DNA of 41,095 nt from Octopus bimaculoides (Eukaryota), in the NCBI RefSeq assembly GCF_001194135.2, contig NC_068982.1, positions 146,202,878 to 146,243,972 of the forward strand, read 5' to 3'. Shown here one piece after another: positions 38,119-41,095 of this stretch (positions within the stretch are counted from its first letter, which is position 1; every line of letters starts with the position of its first letter). Below the pieces are notes generated by a model. That model saw nothing but the letters and a program-made list of their open reading frames with translations. It did not search any database and was not told where the DNA came from. The position numbers and the translations under genes were made by a program.

Positions 38119-38231
38119 CAATTATGTTGAAAGAACAAAACCTTATTTTGTACAAAATTTTATATCTTTATTATCATGGCTCTAATTATACTCTTAAATC
38201 CTGTAAAACAAATCTTCTATGTGTTTGCATC

Positions 38232-38349
<118 letters not shown>

Positions 38350-38459
38350 TTACTATGTCTTGTCGATTAGACTGGATCGTTCTGTCGGTAGGTATTGTCT
38401 AAGTCATGAAGTTCCACATTTTACCAATTTCTATTTCAAGATCTTTATACTTTCAATAT

Positions 38460-39232
38460 AATGCCTAGCCCATTCGCATCTCTCTCTGTCAGTTTGAACA
38501 GTGAAGTTCCAGAGGAGTAAGATGTGATCATTTTCAAGCACTGGAGGTCCAGGAGTTTGCAAATTACCCACTGAATATTCTGTGCTGCTCTATCATGCCT
38601 ATTGAAATACTCTGTAAGCGAAAGAAGACTGCACATGGAGACAACATGATCAATGGTTTCATTTTGTTGTTTACATACACGACATGTTGGGCTACTGCCC
38701 TTCTTTAATATGTTGTCCTGGGAGTTCCTTGTAGGTAGGCATTGCTCTTGGGCTGCTATGGGAAACCCTTTTGTTTCTGATTTTAAACCTGAAGTCACTG
38801 ACCATTGATGGGTAAGGGCGTTGTCAACATCGGCATTATTTGCTGTCTTTGGGTATTTGCCATTGAGAGATTTTTCTTGACATTCATCAGTAAGAATATC
38901 TAAGGCAGCAGTTTTAGCACGGGTTTTCATACGCTTGGTTTTTTCATACGCTTGGTTTTTTCATACGCTTGGTTTTTTCATACGCTTGGCTTTTGCTGTG
39001 TATTTATAACCTTCTTTTGGGTCAAGTTCCTTGATGGTAGCGTCGCTATCTGATTTAATGGAAGATGTTTGTCTGAGACTGCCTCTTACAAAAGTTGGTT
39101 TAGCACACTATTCAAGGCCAAAATCCATCCCGTTGTCATTGCTAAACTCTTTACCAATTGTTAACAATCTTTCTAGCTCTCAGTCATTTCTAACTAACAG
39201 CTTCTGATCGTCCATATAAAACAGATGATTTT
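38460..39232 (-). mobile_element. R4/Dong-clade fragment: RT motif region joined to the CCHC knuckle (internally deleted)
   Basis: NHLFYMDDQKL..FSNDNGMDFGLE*CAK..IKELDPKEGYKY is fused to GLKSETKGFPIAAQEQCLPTR..CRVCKQQNETIDHVVSMC..EYFNRHDRAA. Confidence 0.92.
38924..38989. repeat. 17-bp minisatellite, 4 copies
   Basis: CATACGCTTGG starts at 38928, 38945, 38962 and 38979, a 17-bp period. Confidence 0.95.
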
Positions 39233-39435
39233 GCTGGCAGAATCGTTAGCACGCCGGACGAAATGCATACTGGTATTTCGCAGGTCGCTATGTACTGAGT
39301 TCAAATTCCAGAGAGGTTGACTTTGCCTTATATACTTTCGGGTTCGATAAATTAAGTACCAGTTACGCACTGGGGTCGTTGTAATCGACTAGTCTGCTAC
39401 CTCAATTTATCTGGCCTTGTGCCTACAGTAAAAAG
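39233..39435 (+). mobile_element. SINE family B, near full length
   Basis: GCTGGCAGAATCGTTAGCACGCCGG...GAGTTCAAATTCC...TTCGATAAATTAAGTACCAG...GGCCTTGTGCC. Confidence 0.9.
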
Positions 39436-39717
39436 GATTATTATCATTATTGTTGTTGTTAGAGATTTTTACCTTTCAGATTTCTTCATTTCGCTCAGTT
39501 TGAGCCGGTAGATTAAGAAATCTCTGGGTTTTTTTTCCTTATAACAATATTTTTAGCTTTAAGATTTCTTCATATTCAGGTTTTAAGTCATTTTACGCAG
39601 TTACTTGGCTTGACACATTTGGAAATCTCTATAGATTATTCACTGAGTTTATATACATTTGGCTTATTATCTTCGTTTTTTTAGTTATATTTTATGTTTA
39701 CTAATATTTTTGCCTTT

Positions 39718-39727
39718 ATTATTATTA

Positions 39728-39807
<80 letters not shown>

Positions 39808-40045
39808 GTTATAGTTATTAGTTATAATATTCCTTGTTTTGCTTCAGATTATATTTATTTTCTGCATCATCACCATTAAATTCATCGTCATCAGCAGGAG
39901 CAGCAATTGCATGATGATGATGATGATGAAGATGATCATGATGATGATGAAGATGATGATGATGATGATGATGATACTGAGGATGATGATGATGATGATG
40001 ATGATGGTGATGATAATGATGATGATGATGATCATGATCATCATG

Positions 40046-40077
<32 letters not shown>

Positions 40078-40132
40078 TATCATCACCATAACATTCATCA
40101 GCATCACTATTATGATCATCGTCATCATCATT

Positions 40133-40166
<34 letters not shown>

Positions 40167-40180
40167 CATTATTATTATTA

Positions 40181-40227
<47 letters not shown>

Positions 40228-40229
40228 GC

Positions 40230-40263
<34 letters not shown>

Positions 40264-40272
40264 ATAATTGTG
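39718..40272. repeat. Long compound trinucleotide microsatellite (ATT)(CAT)(GAT)(CAT)(ATT)(GTT)
   Basis: Direct reading. It produces the spurious poly-D/H/I/M ORFs in the ORF track. Confidence 0.96.
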
Positions 40273-40863
40273 TAGTTGTTGGAGTTAATATTTTTTTACT
40301 GTGGTGGTATTTGTTGTTATAAATGTAGCATTTATTTATTGTTTCCTTTGTTGGCAGTTCTGTATTTGCCCCTGGAGATATAGGAATGTCTAGGCCTACG
40401 TAAGACGCTTAACAAAGTAAGCATTTTGTGACTTGGAGGATTTGGAGAGCTACGCAAATTTGATTGGCGTTTTTTGTAAGATCGAAATACGCTTCTGGTC
40501 TAACACTGTATATTAGCTGGTAAAAATAAAAGCAAAATAAAATAAAAGAGTACATGAAATTTCACCTTATATTATTGTATATTATTTTATATTACTGCAT
40601 GTTCACTTCTTTAGTTATGATGCATAAATAATAATAAGGACAGGAATATATACCATCAAGACAAGTATTAATATTTAAATATATATGCCCACGCATATAT
40701 TTACAGTCTCTATATAGATACACTCACTAATGTCGATATGTACATATATGCATATATATATATGTATATATATGGGAGAATATACAAATAATAACAACAG
40801 ACGAGGACAGGTGGTGTAAATAACAAAAGTATATATTAGTATGACGCTCGGGAATACGGAAAG

Positions 40864-40900
40864 TCTTTGACGTTTCGAGCTACGCTCTTCAACAGAAAGA
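40864..40900 (-). ncRNA. Hammerhead-like motif with atypical core
   Basis: TCTTT-CTGTTGA-A-GAGC GTA GCTC-GAAAC-GTC-AAAGA: 5-bp stem I, 4-bp stem II, palindromic ACGT stem III. Confidence 0.55.
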
Positions 40901-41062
40901 ATACGGAGACAAGGAGAAAAACACGGAGAAAAAAAATTGAATAGTGTTCAGTCAACCGGAGTAAGCACATGAAATGTGCAACAAGGTGGAAAAAAGAGTA
41001 CTCAAATACCAGAGGTAGAGTAATATGCTTTATTTAAAAGCAGCAGAAATATAACAAAAAAA

Positions 41063-41095
41063 CCGTTACTCTGAGTTTCACGTTCCCGTTCATCG
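41063..41095 (-). ncRNA. Hammerhead-like motif truncated by the window edge
   Basis: (?)CGATGA-ACG GGAA CGT-GAAAC-T CAG A-GTA-ACGG. Confidence 0.55.

Larger units (their letters stand above)
40790..41095 (-). mobile_element. Interspersed repeat, probably PLE pLTR-derived, running off the window end
   Basis: Carries two hammerhead-like motifs on the same strand. No ORF is visible within the window. Confidence 0.5.

Noticed and set aside
39839-40275. ORFs rich in D/H/I/M/V that look like metal-binding or biomineral proteins
   Set aside because: They are translations of a compound trinucleotide microsatellite that is open in several frames on both strands, with no coding context.
40358-40399. 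42-nt candidate microexon (SVFAPGDIGMSRP)
   Set aside because: Too short to evaluate, with no homology I recognise.

Overview
AT-rich, microsatellite-dense animal genomic DNA from a gapped draft assembly. The SINE and transposon families are ones I associate with Octopus, which is an inference from recall, not a database result. I find no host protein-coding gene, rRNA, true tRNA or CRISPR array that I can support. The window is mostly decayed mobile DNA: four R4/Dong-clade fragments, an L1/Tx1-clade LINE, two RTE fragments, several Penelope-like elements (PLEs), three mariners, a Tc1, a Merlin remnant with ~230-bp inverted arms, and three tRNA-derived SINE families. The most interesting observations are: (1) a ~250-bp LINE-like 3' end inserted inside a SINE with a clean 12-bp target-site duplication, suggesting a possibly SINE-targeting Tx1-type retrotransposon; (2) an RTE C-terminus with three tandem C2H2-type fingers; (3) four minimal hammerhead-ribozyme-like motifs with non-canonical cores, two of them in the inverted terminal repeats of a PLE. 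Coordinates of decayed elements are approximate and all alignments were done by eye.
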